Sequence record: SRR22947727_3076
Strand: one strand, 5' to 3'
Length of the DNA stretch: 43,949 nt
The notes under the pieces were generated by a model. It was not told where the DNA came from, did no database searches, and saw only the letters and a list, made by a program, of their open reading frames with translations. The stretch's first letter is position 1, and every line of letters starts with the position of its first letter. Shown here piece by piece: positions 8,809 to 17,695 of the stretch. The position numbers and the translations under genes were made by a program.

Positions 8809-8960
8809 CAGAGTACAGAGAAACATATAACGAACTTAAGAAAAATATTAATTCAGAGAATTCAAAAGTTATTTCTTACCTTTTTTTCGGGATACTCGTT
8901 GGTCGAGCTTACGAAAAATATCGCAAGATAAAAAAGTCAATTCTTAAAAAGCGTTCGTGA
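8805..8960 (+). CDS. small hypothetical protein
   Basis: ATG at 8805 overlaps the upstream TGA (ATGA); 51 aa with a hydrophobic stretch and basic tail. Confidence 0.55.
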   Translation: MTEYRETYNELKKNINSENSKVISYLFFGILVGRAYEKYRKIKKSILKKRS

Positions 8961-9046
8961 ATAAGTCATTACAAAAATTCGTTGCACTCGTTTTAGCTGC
9001 AGGTGTTGTATTTTCTACGATTGCCTATTTTTTACTGTTAATATAA
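8957..9046 (+). CDS. 29-aa single-TM micro-protein (not in ORF track)
   Basis: GTGA overlap with upstream stop; MNKSLQKFVALVLAAGVVFSTIAYFLLLI*; ends 4 nt before trmI. Confidence 0.55.
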   Translation: MNKSLQKFVALVLAAGVVFSTIAYFLLLI

Positions 9047-9050
9047 ATTT

Positions 9051-9824
9051 GTGGAAATCGATAATAGACTTGTAATAATCTCATCTGAATCAAAAAAGTA
9101 CTTAAGCGTAATAACTAAAGGTAAAGAATTCATAACTAATGATGGCAAAATAGAATTTGATAAAATAAAATCCCTTCCTACTCATATTGAATCATCAACT
9201 GGAAAAATATTTACAATCTATGTTCCATCCTATAAAGAATTTATTCTTCTTATGAAGAGAGGGCCTCAAATAATATATCCCAAAGATGTTGGTTCAATAC
9301 TTATTTCAGGGAATATAAACGCAAATAGTAAAGTTTTGGAGATTGGAACTGGGTCTGGAGCATTAACTCTTTTTCTAGCATCAATTTTAGGTACTAATTC
9401 TAAATTTTATTCTCTAGATATCAGTAAAAAAAATCAATATCGAGCTAAAAAGACCATATCGCGATACTTATCTAATTACTCATCTGATTTTATAAATGAT
9501 ATTGAATTTATTAATACAGATTTGTCTGATTTTAGAATTGATACTATTCCTTTTAATTTCGATACTGTTATTACAGATGTCCCAGAACCATGGATATTCT
9601 TCGAAAATAATCATATAGATAATAATCTTTACTGGGTTTCATATTTACCCTCAATATCTCAAGTCTCTAAGTTAGCTGACGCTTTACAAGACAATTGCTT
9701 TAAAGATATTGAGATTAAAGAAACAATAGAGAGAGAGTGGACGGTACGAGGTAATATTTCAAGGCCTAAGCACACAATGGTTGGTCATACGGGGTTTACA
9801 GTAAGTGGAAGGTTTATTTTATGA
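9051..9824 (+). CDS. trmI: tRNA (adenine-58-N1)-methyltransferase
   Basis: MKRGPQIIYPKD, VLEIGTGSGAL, DVPEPW, RP.HTMVGHTGF. Confidence 0.92.
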   Translation: MEIDNRLVIISSESKKYLSVITKGKEFITNDGKIEFDKIKSLPTHIESSTGKIFTIYVPSYKEFILLMKRGPQIIYPKDVGSILISGNINANSKVLEIGTGSGALTLFLASILGTNSKFYSLDISKKNQYRAKKTISRYLSNYSSDFINDIEFINTDLSDFRIDTIPFNFDTVITDVPEPWIFFENNHIDNNLYWVSYLPSISQVSKLADALQDNCFKDIEIKETIEREWTVRGNISRPKHTMVGHTGFTVSGRFIL

Positions 9825-9825
9825 C

Positions 9826-10071
9826 TTATGGTTCAATCATTATGCATTCGCCAGGACATTCCTCTGCCGATTCAACAACTGCATCTTCTTGGCCTTTAGG
9901 AACAACAGCTAAGCCTTCAGCGCCACCAACATTCCCATTTTCTTCTGAGAAAACCTTATCACCCTCTTTAACATAAAAAAGGCCATCATCTAATCCCACA
10001 AATACATCAGGTGCAATCTCTTCACAAAGACCATCACCGGTACATAAATCTTGATCTATCCATACTTTCAT
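9826..10071 (-). CDS. monocluster ferredoxin (3Fe-4S/4Fe-4S, Asp-ligand type)
   Basis: MKVWIDQDLCTGDGLCEEIAP...CPGECI; CxxDxxC...CP. Confidence 0.93.
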   Translation of the reverse strand: MKVWIDQDLCTGDGLCEEIAPDVFVGLDDGLFYVKEGDKVFSEENGNVGGAEGLAVVPKGQEDAVVESAEECPGECIMIEP

Positions 10072-10171
10072 AATTAATATGTTACCTTGTTATAGATTTA
10101 CACAAATCTTCGAATATAAAATTTATATCTAATATTTTGTAAGATACTTATAAAGATAAAACTAGTTGTTT

Positions 10172-11005
10172 ATGAAAAATGTATTTAAAAGGTGTTTAAA
10201 GTTAATCGCTCTTTTCGATAGCTCAAACACATTCAATCTCGATAGTAATTATATAAAAGACAATATACCCGAGTATCGTAATTTAAATGACGCAGCATAC
10301 AAAAGGTCTTTTGAAAGAGATAAAGCACTCCTTAAAGAGGTCGGGTTTAATTTAGAATATGAAAATGATAAATGGAGTGTTGAGGATGGTTACAAGCTTA
10401 AAGGAACAAATATAATTTTAGACTTACAAAGTAAATCTGGATTTGATATTGAAAGGTTTATCAACACATACTCTGTTATTAAAAAATATTTATCACCATA
10501 TTTACAACTCAATAAAGATTTAAAAGTAATACCAATAATCAATACAGCCATAAAGGAGAGGAGAAGAGTTTCATTTATTTACAATGATAAAATTAGAAAA
10601 GTATATCCTTTAGGTCTGAGGTTCCATGCTGGAATATGGTACTTGGGAGCAGATGATGGAAATATTATTAAAACATTTAAAATAAACACTATAGAAAATC
10701 TAAAAATAGGCAACAAAGAGAATCTTCATACTAAAAATATTTCAGAATTTAACTTTTCCTGGGAAAACATGTCAAGTTTTATTACGGTCGAGATAATTTC
10801 AGATAAAGACTTGCATAGAGTCCACAGTAGGATTTTCAATTTTACTGAGGTCTCTTCTAAAGAAGATGACAAAAATATTACCATAAAATTAAAAACGAAT
10901 GATCATCATGGCTTAATCAAGTATTTACTGTTGGTTGACCCAAAATTATTGAATATAAATAAACAAGACAAAGAGGCACTAAAGAAAGCTGTAAATGGAA
11001 TTTAA
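10172..11005 (+). CDS. pafB: PafB-like HTH-WYL transcriptional regulator
   Basis: SFERDK.LL.E.G (PafB wHTH motif FERDK), R.VYP.GL, GIWYLG; position upstream of pafC-tatA-tatC; ATG 10172 or TTG 10166. Confidence 0.75.
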   Translation: MKNVFKRCLKLIALFDSSNTFNLDSNYIKDNIPEYRNLNDAAYKRSFERDKALLKEVGFNLEYENDKWSVEDGYKLKGTNIILDLQSKSGFDIERFINTYSVIKKYLSPYLQLNKDLKVIPIINTAIKERRRVSFIYNDKIRKVYPLGLRFHAGIWYLGADDGNIIKTFKINTIENLKIGNKENLHTKNISEFNFSWENMSSFITVEIISDKDLHRVHSRIFNFTEVSSKEDDKNITIKLKTNDHHGLIKYLLLVDPKLLNINKQDKEALKKAVNGI

Positions 11006-11816
11006 AATAAACCTAGGTAATATAATTCACATTCTTTCACTTATTAAAAAGGAAAGATCGTTTGATTTAAAAGACTTAGCAGAAAATGTTAATCTAAGCT
11101 CAGATAAATTGTTGTATTCATTAACAATTTTATCGGAAGTATACTCTTCAGATGGCGACAGCTTTATAAACTTTGAAGTAAATTTGGAAAAGAATCTCAT
11201 TACGTTCGAGTTCAATGAATCTCTACTAAATATCCCTACAATTACTGATTTAGACTTATTTAAAATATATACACTTCTAAATAATCCTAAGGTAAATGTT
11301 GAAAAACTATTTGATAATAAGTCAGATCTTATTTACTTATATGACACACTAAATAATTACTTTAAATCTCACCAAAGTGGAGAAAGCAGTGCCAAACTTG
11401 ACTTTAATAGAATGTTTGTATCCGATGAGCTCTACATAGAATATATTAAACTAGGGCACAATATTTCAAATATCTATAAAATCAAACCATTATCTTTCAA
11501 TATTACAAATGATGGAGATGTGCTTGAAGCATATGATTATGAAGACGACAAAATAAAAAGTTTTTTAATAGATAGAATTGTTAATATTCCAGAGGAGAAA
11601 AATCTTAAAGAAAGGTTTTCAAAAAATGATAATGAGATTTCAGTCACCTATCAAGACCTAGCATTAAAAAGCCATCAACAGCATTTCCGTTCAGAAGAAG
11701 TAGCTGTAGAGCATTTCCTAAAGAATATAGATTCACAAAATGTTATTGCCCCAAACTCCGTTAGAGTTGAAATTGAAAAAAGAAAAAATAAATTGATTAA
11801 TGAGTTTTTATCATGA
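10995..11816 (+). CDS. pafC: PafC-like HTH-WYL protein (divergent)
   Basis: N-terminal HTH (DLAENVNLS), IEY..I.P..LEAYD...KSFLIDRI WYL core, VIAP.SVR C-terminal segment; synteny. Confidence 0.65.
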   Translation: MEFKINLGNIIHILSLIKKERSFDLKDLAENVNLSSDKLLYSLTILSEVYSSDGDSFINFEVNLEKNLITFEFNESLLNIPTITDLDLFKIYTLLNNPKVNVEKLFDNKSDLIYLYDTLNNYFKSHQSGESSAKLDFNRMFVSDELYIEYIKLGHNISNIYKIKPLSFNITNDGDVLEAYDYEDDKIKSFLIDRIVNIPEEKNLKERFSKNDNEISVTYQDLALKSHQQHFRSEEVAVEHFLKNIDSQNVIAPNSVRVEIEKRKNKLINEFLS

Positions 11817-11992
11817 GCATTATTGAATTACTAGTTATAGTCCTAATCTCTCTTGGTATATTTGATAAAAGCAAAATTTTATATTACTTTAATAAAATCT
11901 CTAAATTCCAAAATGGGCAAAGTCGCCAAATAATTGGAGATAATTCAATTGATGAAAATTGGATCTGGTTAGATGAAAATGAGGAGGAGTAA
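11813..11992 (+). CDS. tatA: TatA/TatB-like twin-arginine translocase subunit (divergent; not in ORF track)
   Basis: MSIIELLVIVLISLGIFDKSKI...; conserved Glu in TM, TM followed by an amphipathic helix and acidic tail; directly upstream of tatC; FG hinge is FD. Confidence 0.55.
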   Translation: MSIIELLVIVLISLGIFDKSKILYYFNKISKFQNGQSRQIIGDNSIDENWIWLDENEEE

Positions 11993-11993
11993 T

Positions 11994-12695
11994 ATGAAGA
12001 AACCCTTCATGGAGCACCTTCAAGAGTTAAATAATAGAATATTATTTTCTTTTACTTTAGTTGGGATTGTTGCAATAGTTGTATATAACCAGTATTCCTT
12101 TTTTGGTGATATTTTATTAGAACCTCTTATAAATGCTGGATATGATGACTCTAATATTTTCGCATTAACGATCTACGAAGGTTTTCAAGTAAAGCTACAG
12201 AATACTTTTTGGATATCCATAATTATTACATTTCCATTAATACTTTTAATATTAGGTTATTTCGTAAAACCAGCTTTAGAGATAAGAACAGTAAGCTTTA
12301 CGTTATATTTCATCTTCTTTACCCTTTTATTTTATTCGGGTATATTTTCTTCACTAAGTATTGCTCATGTCGGTATTGAGTTCCTCCTTTCATTTAATGA
12401 GAATGAAATAATTCTAAGATCGCAAAACTATTTTCAATTCATTACAAGAATTTCTTTGTTATTTGGAGTTTCATTTCAGTTACCATTAATCATGCTTTTT
12501 CTCCTTAACAAAGGAATAATAAAGGTAAAGAGCCTAACTAATAAACGGGCTGAAATGTTTATAGTTATACTTATTTTTTCTGCAGTAATAACACCAACGG
12601 GTGATCCTATTTCACTTTTCATATTCACACTGCCAATGTATTTACTCATAGAAATAATGATTTTTATTCATAAAAAAAGTAATCGTGGATTTTAA
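11994..12695 (+). CDS. tatC: twin-arginine translocase subunit TatC
   Basis: PFMEHLQEL, FVKPAL, FGVSFQLP, SAVITPTGDP, PMYLLIE; SD GAGGAG upstream of ATG 11994. Confidence 0.92.
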   Translation: MKKPFMEHLQELNNRILFSFTLVGIVAIVVYNQYSFFGDILLEPLINAGYDDSNIFALTIYEGFQVKLQNTFWISIIITFPLILLILGYFVKPALEIRTVSFTLYFIFFTLLFYSGIFSSLSIAHVGIEFLLSFNENEIILRSQNYFQFITRISLLFGVSFQLPLIMLFLLNKGIIKVKSLTNKRAEMFIVILIFSAVITPTGDPISLFIFTLPMYLLIEIMIFIHKKSNRGF

Positions 12696-14556
12696 TTTAG
12701 ATAAATTTCAGGTTGAGGCAATTGACTCCATCAACAAGGATTTTAATGTTTTAGTCGTTGCACCTACGGGATCAGGAAAAACCTTTATAGCCGAAAAAGC
12801 TATTGAAAAATATACTAACCAGAACCAAAATGTAATTTATACGACACCTATTAAAGCATTATCGAATCAAAAATACAATGATTTCACAAATTTGAATATT
12901 GATACTGGATTGCTCACAGGAGACAGGACCATCAGCCCAGATTCAAATTTAATTGTTGCCACTACTGAAATATTAAGAAATATGATTTATTCAGATGACA
13001 AAAGATTAAAAAAAATTGGCCTCATAGTCCTTGATGAAGTTCACTATCTTTCTGATTCCGAACGAGGCACAACGTGGGAAGAAATAATTATCCATGCCCC
13101 TAAAAACATCAAGTTTCTTTTTCTGTCAGCCACTATTAGAAATAAAGAAGAATTCCATAACTGGATAGTTTCATTAAGAGGAAAAACATCATTGGTGTAC
13201 TCTAATATAAGGCCCGTCCCGCTTGAAATATCTTTAGTCGGCTTAAACCCTCACAGTGACCAATTAAAAATAATTAAATCTTCTAAGGATAAACGTAATA
13301 ATAAAATCTTTAAATTTGAAAAGCAATATAGAAAGTACAAGAGACCTCATCTAGGTTTTCAACTTGACTACCTCGAAAGCAAAAACCTTACACCTTCCAT
13401 ATTTTTTTATTTTTCAAGAGATAGAGTTGAAACTAAGGCAAGACAGGCAGCAACAAATAGAAAGAAAATTAAAAAAGCAAATGAGATTAAAGAGGTATTC
13501 AATGATGTTTTTAGTTCTCTAGATTCAACTCAATATGATCTTTTAAATTTGGATGAACTGCTGTGGATGTGGGTAAGAGGAATCGGATATCATCATGCTG
13601 GGCTTGCGCCTATTGTAAAAGAATTTATTGAGTTTTTATTTCTAAACAGATATATAAAATATTTATTTGCCACAGAAACACTGTCACTTGGTCTCAACCT
13701 ACCTGCCAAATCTATTGTTATTGACAGACTCTACAAATACGATGGAATAAAAACACGTTTAATCAATCAATCAGAATTTCTTCAATTGACTGGGAGAGCA
13801 GGAAGGAGAGGGATTGATACAAAGGGATTTGCATTTATAAATTATGACAGAAATATTGAAAACTTTTGGTATAACAACTTGTTTACCCTCAAATCAAGCA
13901 ATTTAAATTCTGCATATTCGGTATCGTATTCTTCAATATTGAATATGTTAAGCAAATACTCACTAAAGGAAGCCATAGAACTTCTTGAAAAAAGCTTCTT
14001 TTCTTATCAAAATAACTTCAATATCAAAAAGCTTCAAAATACATTTACATCCAAGCTCGAAGTACTTGAGTTATTGAATTTTAAGAATGACAATAACAAA
14101 TCTCTCGTTTTAACCGAAACCTATAGGGATAATCTAATCGTCGGACTTGAATTACTAGAAAGGGATTTTGATAAAGATATGAATTTCTACTTGATGCTTG
14201 TTTGCTCTGGTTTATCCACTACTAGACATGATTTGTCCCTTAATGAATTGTATGTGGATACATTCATTAAATTTCAAATTATGGAGGAAAAGATTAATAA
14301 GATGGAATCATTTGCAGGGGTCAAAAAAATAACCTCAATTGAAATTGGTTGGTTCAGTATTTTTAACGAATATTTGCAATCTGAAGACGTTGAATCAGTA
14401 TTATCTAAATTCAATATCAGTATCGGTGATTTTATTCGTGCTGGTAAGGAAGCTTCTGAACTCTCAACTAAACTCTTTAATATATATGGTATTAAGGAAT
14501 TTAAGATGATTACTGATATTTTTAATGATGAGTTAATCCAGAAATCTATGCGATGA
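12685..14556 (+). CDS. helY: Ski2-like DEVH-box RNA helicase (HelY-type), shortened
   Basis: APTGSGKT, TTPIKALSNQK, DEVH, SAT, HHAGL, ATETLSLGLNLPA, QLTGRAGRRG, GDFIR C-terminal motif. Confidence 0.88.
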   Translation: MDFNLDKFQVEAIDSINKDFNVLVVAPTGSGKTFIAEKAIEKYTNQNQNVIYTTPIKALSNQKYNDFTNLNIDTGLLTGDRTISPDSNLIVATTEILRNMIYSDDKRLKKIGLIVLDEVHYLSDSERGTTWEEIIIHAPKNIKFLFLSATIRNKEEFHNWIVSLRGKTSLVYSNIRPVPLEISLVGLNPHSDQLKIIKSSKDKRNNKIFKFEKQYRKYKRPHLGFQLDYLESKNLTPSIFFYFSRDRVETKARQAATNRKKIKKANEIKEVFNDVFSSLDSTQYDLLNLDELLWMWVRGIGYHHAGLAPIVKEFIEFLFLNRYIKYLFATETLSLGLNLPAKSIVIDRLYKYDGIKTRLINQSEFLQLTGRAGRRGIDTKGFAFINYDRNIENFWYNNLFTLKSSNLNSAYSVSYSSILNMLSKYSLKEAIELLEKSFFSYQNNFNIKKLQNTFTSKLEVLELLNFKNDNNKSLVLTETYRDNLIVGLELLERDFDKDMNFYLMLVCSGLSTTRHDLSLNELYVDTFIKFQIMEEKINKMESFAGVKKITSIEIGWFSIFNEYLQSEDVESVLSKFNISIGDFIRAGKEASELSTKLFNIYGIKEFKMITDIFNDELIQKSMR

Positions 14557-15428
14557 AAGAATATATTGTAGTTTATAACCTAAATTCTAGAGGTAAAAAA
14601 TTAACCGAAAGCTACTTAACTACACTTTTTGAGAAGCATAACTTGAAATCCAAAATCTTTATGACTTCTGATGTTTCAGAAGTTGATCAAATAATAGAAC
14701 AGCATAAGGACAGTACAAAATATAATTATTGTGCAATTGGGGGAGATGGCACAATTAATTCTTTGATAGATTGTCTTCTAAAAAAAGGTCTAGACCGTCC
14801 TATTGTTGGATGTCTTCCATCAGGTAGCGGTTCAGATTTTTTAAGAACTTTTGCAATCCCTCAAAATATAGAAACTGCAATAGAACACCTCAAAGGAGAT
14901 TCGACCTACCTTATTGACACAGCAATTGTGTCCACTTCCGAAAAAGAAAGACATTTTGTTAATATTTTAAATTTTGGTTTTCTTGCAGATACAGTTGAAA
15001 TGAGTGAAAAATTACCAAAGATTTTTAAAAGATTTAGATATCCGATTAGCTTCTGGCTAAAGCTACTTCCTGCTAGGTCTGGAATGATGTCTATTAAAAC
15101 ACACAACTACGAATTTAACTCTGATGCCTTTGTTATCACTGTATGTAATGGTCAGTTTTTTGGAGGTGGTTGGAATATATCACCCAAATCCAGCCTTCAA
15201 GATGGCCTACTTAATATTCAAATCTTTAAAGTAACAAAAAGGAAAGCTATGAAATTATTTTTTTTAGCAAAGAAGGGCCTACATTTAACAGAACCAGATG
15301 TTCTTTTAAAAAGAAGTGGAGAGATACAGCTTTTATCACGTCAATCAATAGAAATTGATGGTGATTATTTCGATAAGGGTCCAGCTGAGATATTTGTTAA
15401 AAAAGCTTCCATACAGCTAAAAATTTAG
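14553..15428 (+). CDS. diacylglycerol/lipid kinase family (YegS/DAGK) protein
   Basis: GGDGT, PSGSGSDF, NGQFFGGG, DGLL, EIDGD. Confidence 0.9.
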   Translation: MKEYIVVYNLNSRGKKLTESYLTTLFEKHNLKSKIFMTSDVSEVDQIIEQHKDSTKYNYCAIGGDGTINSLIDCLLKKGLDRPIVGCLPSGSGSDFLRTFAIPQNIETAIEHLKGDSTYLIDTAIVSTSEKERHFVNILNFGFLADTVEMSEKLPKIFKRFRYPISFWLKLLPARSGMMSIKTHNYEFNSDAFVITVCNGQFFGGGWNISPKSSLQDGLLNIQIFKVTKRKAMKLFFLAKKGLHLTEPDVLLKRSGEIQLLSRQSIEIDGDYFDKGPAEIFVKKASIQLKI

Positions 15429-15458
15429 TATTATTTTAAAAGCACTTTAAGGAGAAGC

Positions 15459-15821
15459 ATGTCAGAAAAAGATGTAGACGAAATTAAAGAACCTAATTTA
15501 GAAGATCTTGATGAAGATGATTTAGAAGATTCAGAAACTCCTTCTGATGAAGAAGAGGAAAAAGAGGAAGTTGAAACTGAATCTTTAGAAGCTCGTGTTG
15601 AAAATGAAAAGAAAACAGTAGAAGAACCTGATGATGCGGAGGGCTCTTTTATGAGTGTTGATGCAGCTGAAAAAAGAAATGTTAAAAAATCTGATTTGAA
15701 GCTAGATGAAGCTGCTGCGGACAAAGAAGATGATGAATTTACTTGTTCTGTCTGTTTCTTAGTTCTCAAGAATACTCAACTTGCTAAACCAAGATCAAAA
15801 GTGTGTGCAGATTGTGCATGA
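15459..15821 (+). CDS. DUF4193-like acidic protein with C-terminal C4 zinc-ribbon
   Basis: Very acidic N-terminus; EFTCSVCFLV...QLA...VCADCA matches the actinobacterial DUF4193 pattern; SD AAGGAG. Confidence 0.75.
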   Translation: MSEKDVDEIKEPNLEDLDEDDLEDSETPSDEEEEKEEVETESLEARVENEKKTVEEPDDAEGSFMSVDAAEKRNVKKSDLKLDEAAADKEDDEFTCSVCFLVLKNTQLAKPRSKVCADCA

Positions 15822-16257
15822 GTTTGATGATTTAAATTATAAATTTTCGATAAAAAAAAGTAGTTCAAAGCCACAAATCCTTCATAACGAGTTTATTGCT
15901 GAAATGTCCACCATCGACAATATTTTAATAAACCACTACAAAAAGTTAGAATTCTCAAAAATTAATTACTTTATACTTTCTCAAGATGATATAGAAATTG
16001 GTTATGGTAGCGCAACTGAAGAAAATGGTTTTATGACAATTTATGAACTATTTGTGTCACCAAAATATAGAGAGCTTGGTTTTGGTACAAGGATATTTAA
16101 TGAAATTAGAAAATATACTAAGTCATTAGATCTTAAAATAAGGTCAGTCACTCTACCTAGTGACAGAACAGGAAAAAACTTTTATGAAAGTAACTTAATA
16201 ACTGCGCGTGCCTTAATAATGGAGGAAAAGCGTGAAAACTCTCGCTACAGACCTTGA
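15814..16257 (+). CDS. GNAT family N-acetyltransferase
   Basis: LFVSPKYRELGFG acetyl-CoA motif A; LPSDR..KNFYE; start uncertain (GTG 15814 preferred). Confidence 0.8.
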   Translation: MHEFDDLNYKFSIKKSSSKPQILHNEFIAEMSTIDNILINHYKKLEFSKINYFILSQDDIEIGYGSATEENGFMTIYELFVSPKYRELGFGTRIFNEIRKYTKSLDLKIRSVTLPSDRTGKNFYESNLITARALIMEEKRENSRYRP

Positions 16258-16981
16258 CGGAACACTGTATCTTGATGATGTACTCATAAAGGGTGTTGAA
16301 TCTGCTTATAAATCTCTAATACTTGAAAAGTATAAAATATATCATACAACTAACAACAGCTCTCAATCAACTGATGTGTTAGCTAAAAAATTAAGTAATT
16401 TATTGAATACCGATATTGAGATATCTTCAATAGTTACTCCGCTTGTAGTTTTAAAAGAATATTTAAGTAACAAGAAACTATCTATCTTTGTTTATGGATC
16501 CAAGGATGTAAAAGATTTTGTTAGCAGTATTTCAAATACTGTTACAAAATTAGAGGACAGCAATTTTATTATAATGGGTAGAGTCGAATCACCATCTGAA
16601 AGTGAACTCGATTTAATTGCAGAATCAATTAAATCTGGAAAAGAGGGTGCGACATTGAATAAAGATCTTACATATCCAATAAGTGAATCAGAGTTTAAAC
16701 CTGGAAATGGACAAATTGCAAAATATATTGAATCGAAATCACAAAAAGAACTTCAATCATTTGGAAAAGAAGGTGAGTTGTACAGTCAGTATTTTCTAAA
16801 TAAGAATATTGAAGTTGATTATGTGATTGGTGATAGGGTAGACACAGATATTATGTTTGGTAACAAGCTTGGCGCAACTTCAATATTAGTGGAATCTAGC
16901 ATTGATAATTTTATGAGTGAAGATTTTGCAGATAGTAAATTTACAGATTTTCCTACTTTTGTATCATCTATTATTAATTAA
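16232..16981 (+). CDS. HAD-IIA family hydrolase (NagD-like)
   Basis: DLDGT, TNNS, GK, IGDRVDTDI.FG. Confidence 0.9.
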   Translation: MKTLATDLDGTLYLDDVLIKGVESAYKSLILEKYKIYHTTNNSSQSTDVLAKKLSNLLNTDIEISSIVTPLVVLKEYLSNKKLSIFVYGSKDVKDFVSSISNTVTKLEDSNFIIMGRVESPSESELDLIAESIKSGKEGATLNKDLTYPISESEFKPGNGQIAKYIESKSQKELQSFGKEGELYSQYFLNKNIEVDYVIGDRVDTDIMFGNKLGATSILVESSIDNFMSEDFADSKFTDFPTFVSSIIN

Positions 16982-17659
16982 TCTCATTGTGAGATAGCCA
17001 ACAAAAAATCCACCAATATGCGCTTCCCAGGATATATTATTATTTTGTAGAGATATTAATACTTGTGAAGCAAACCAAAATGCCATGAAATATTTAGCTT
17101 TTATAGTTGTCGGAAATATAATACCGAAAGGAACTAAAACTAAAAGTTTTGCATTTGGAAATCTGTACAAATATGCACCCATTAAAGCAGAGACAATTCC
17201 TGATGCTCCAACTATTGGATTCAAATCTGAGTAATTCAAAAAAATATGAGTACCGATACTACCTCCAGCGGCAACCATTAAAAATATAATAAATTTTAAA
17301 TTTCCTAGCTTATCCTCAATATTGTTACCAAATATCCAGAAGCTCCAAAGGTTGCCAACAAGATGAAGTAAGTTAGCATGAAGAAAATTTGCAGTTATGA
17401 GACTTAGCATTAAGTTTTTATTATCAAATATAACATTATCAATAGTTACCATGCAGTCGTTTGAGTAAAATTGATTAGCACTTAATGGTACACCTTTTTG
17501 AATTTCACAAGGGATTGCTGAAAATTCATAAAAAAAGTTGAATAGATCTGTACTATTTTTCGGTTGCAACAGTATATATACAGCAATGGTAAAAAAGATA
17601 AAAAACCTTGTTATATATGGAGTGTTCTCAGCAGGGTTTATATCTGATATAGGTATCAT
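16964..17659 (-). CDS. rhomboid family intramembrane serine protease
   Basis: FLH..LLHLVGN, GASG, AHIGGF. Confidence 0.93.
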   Translation of the reverse strand: MIPISDINPAENTPYITRFFIFFTIAVYILLQPKNSTDLFNFFYEFSAIPCEIQKGVPLSANQFYSNDCMVTIDNVIFDNKNLMLSLITANFLHANLLHLVGNLWSFWIFGNNIEDKLGNLKFIIFLMVAAGGSIGTHIFLNYSDLNPIVGASGIVSALMGAYLYRFPNAKLLVLVPFGIIFPTTIKAKYFMAFWFASQVLISLQNNNISWEAHIGGFFVGYLTMRLINNR

Positions 17660-17660
17660 G

Positions 17661-17695
17661 TTGTACTGACTCCAAGTTGCGTATAATATATCCTA
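17661..17695 (+). promoter_or_regulatory. putative sigma-A promoter for leaderless nadK
   Basis: TTGTAC (17661-66), 17 bp, TAATAT (17684-89; overlapping TATAAT 17682-87), 6 nt, GTG 17696. Confidence 0.55.

Noticed and set aside
10172-11816. Tandem WYL genes as regulators of an anti-phage or CRISPR system
   Set aside because: PafB FERDK motif and the pafB-pafC-tatA-tatC-helY order identify the housekeeping locus; no cas or defence genes and no repeat array
15431-15769. Ser-rich 112-aa minus-strand ORF
   Set aside because: Antisense shadow of the GAA/GAT-rich acidic DUF4193-like gene, which has the SD and Cys motif
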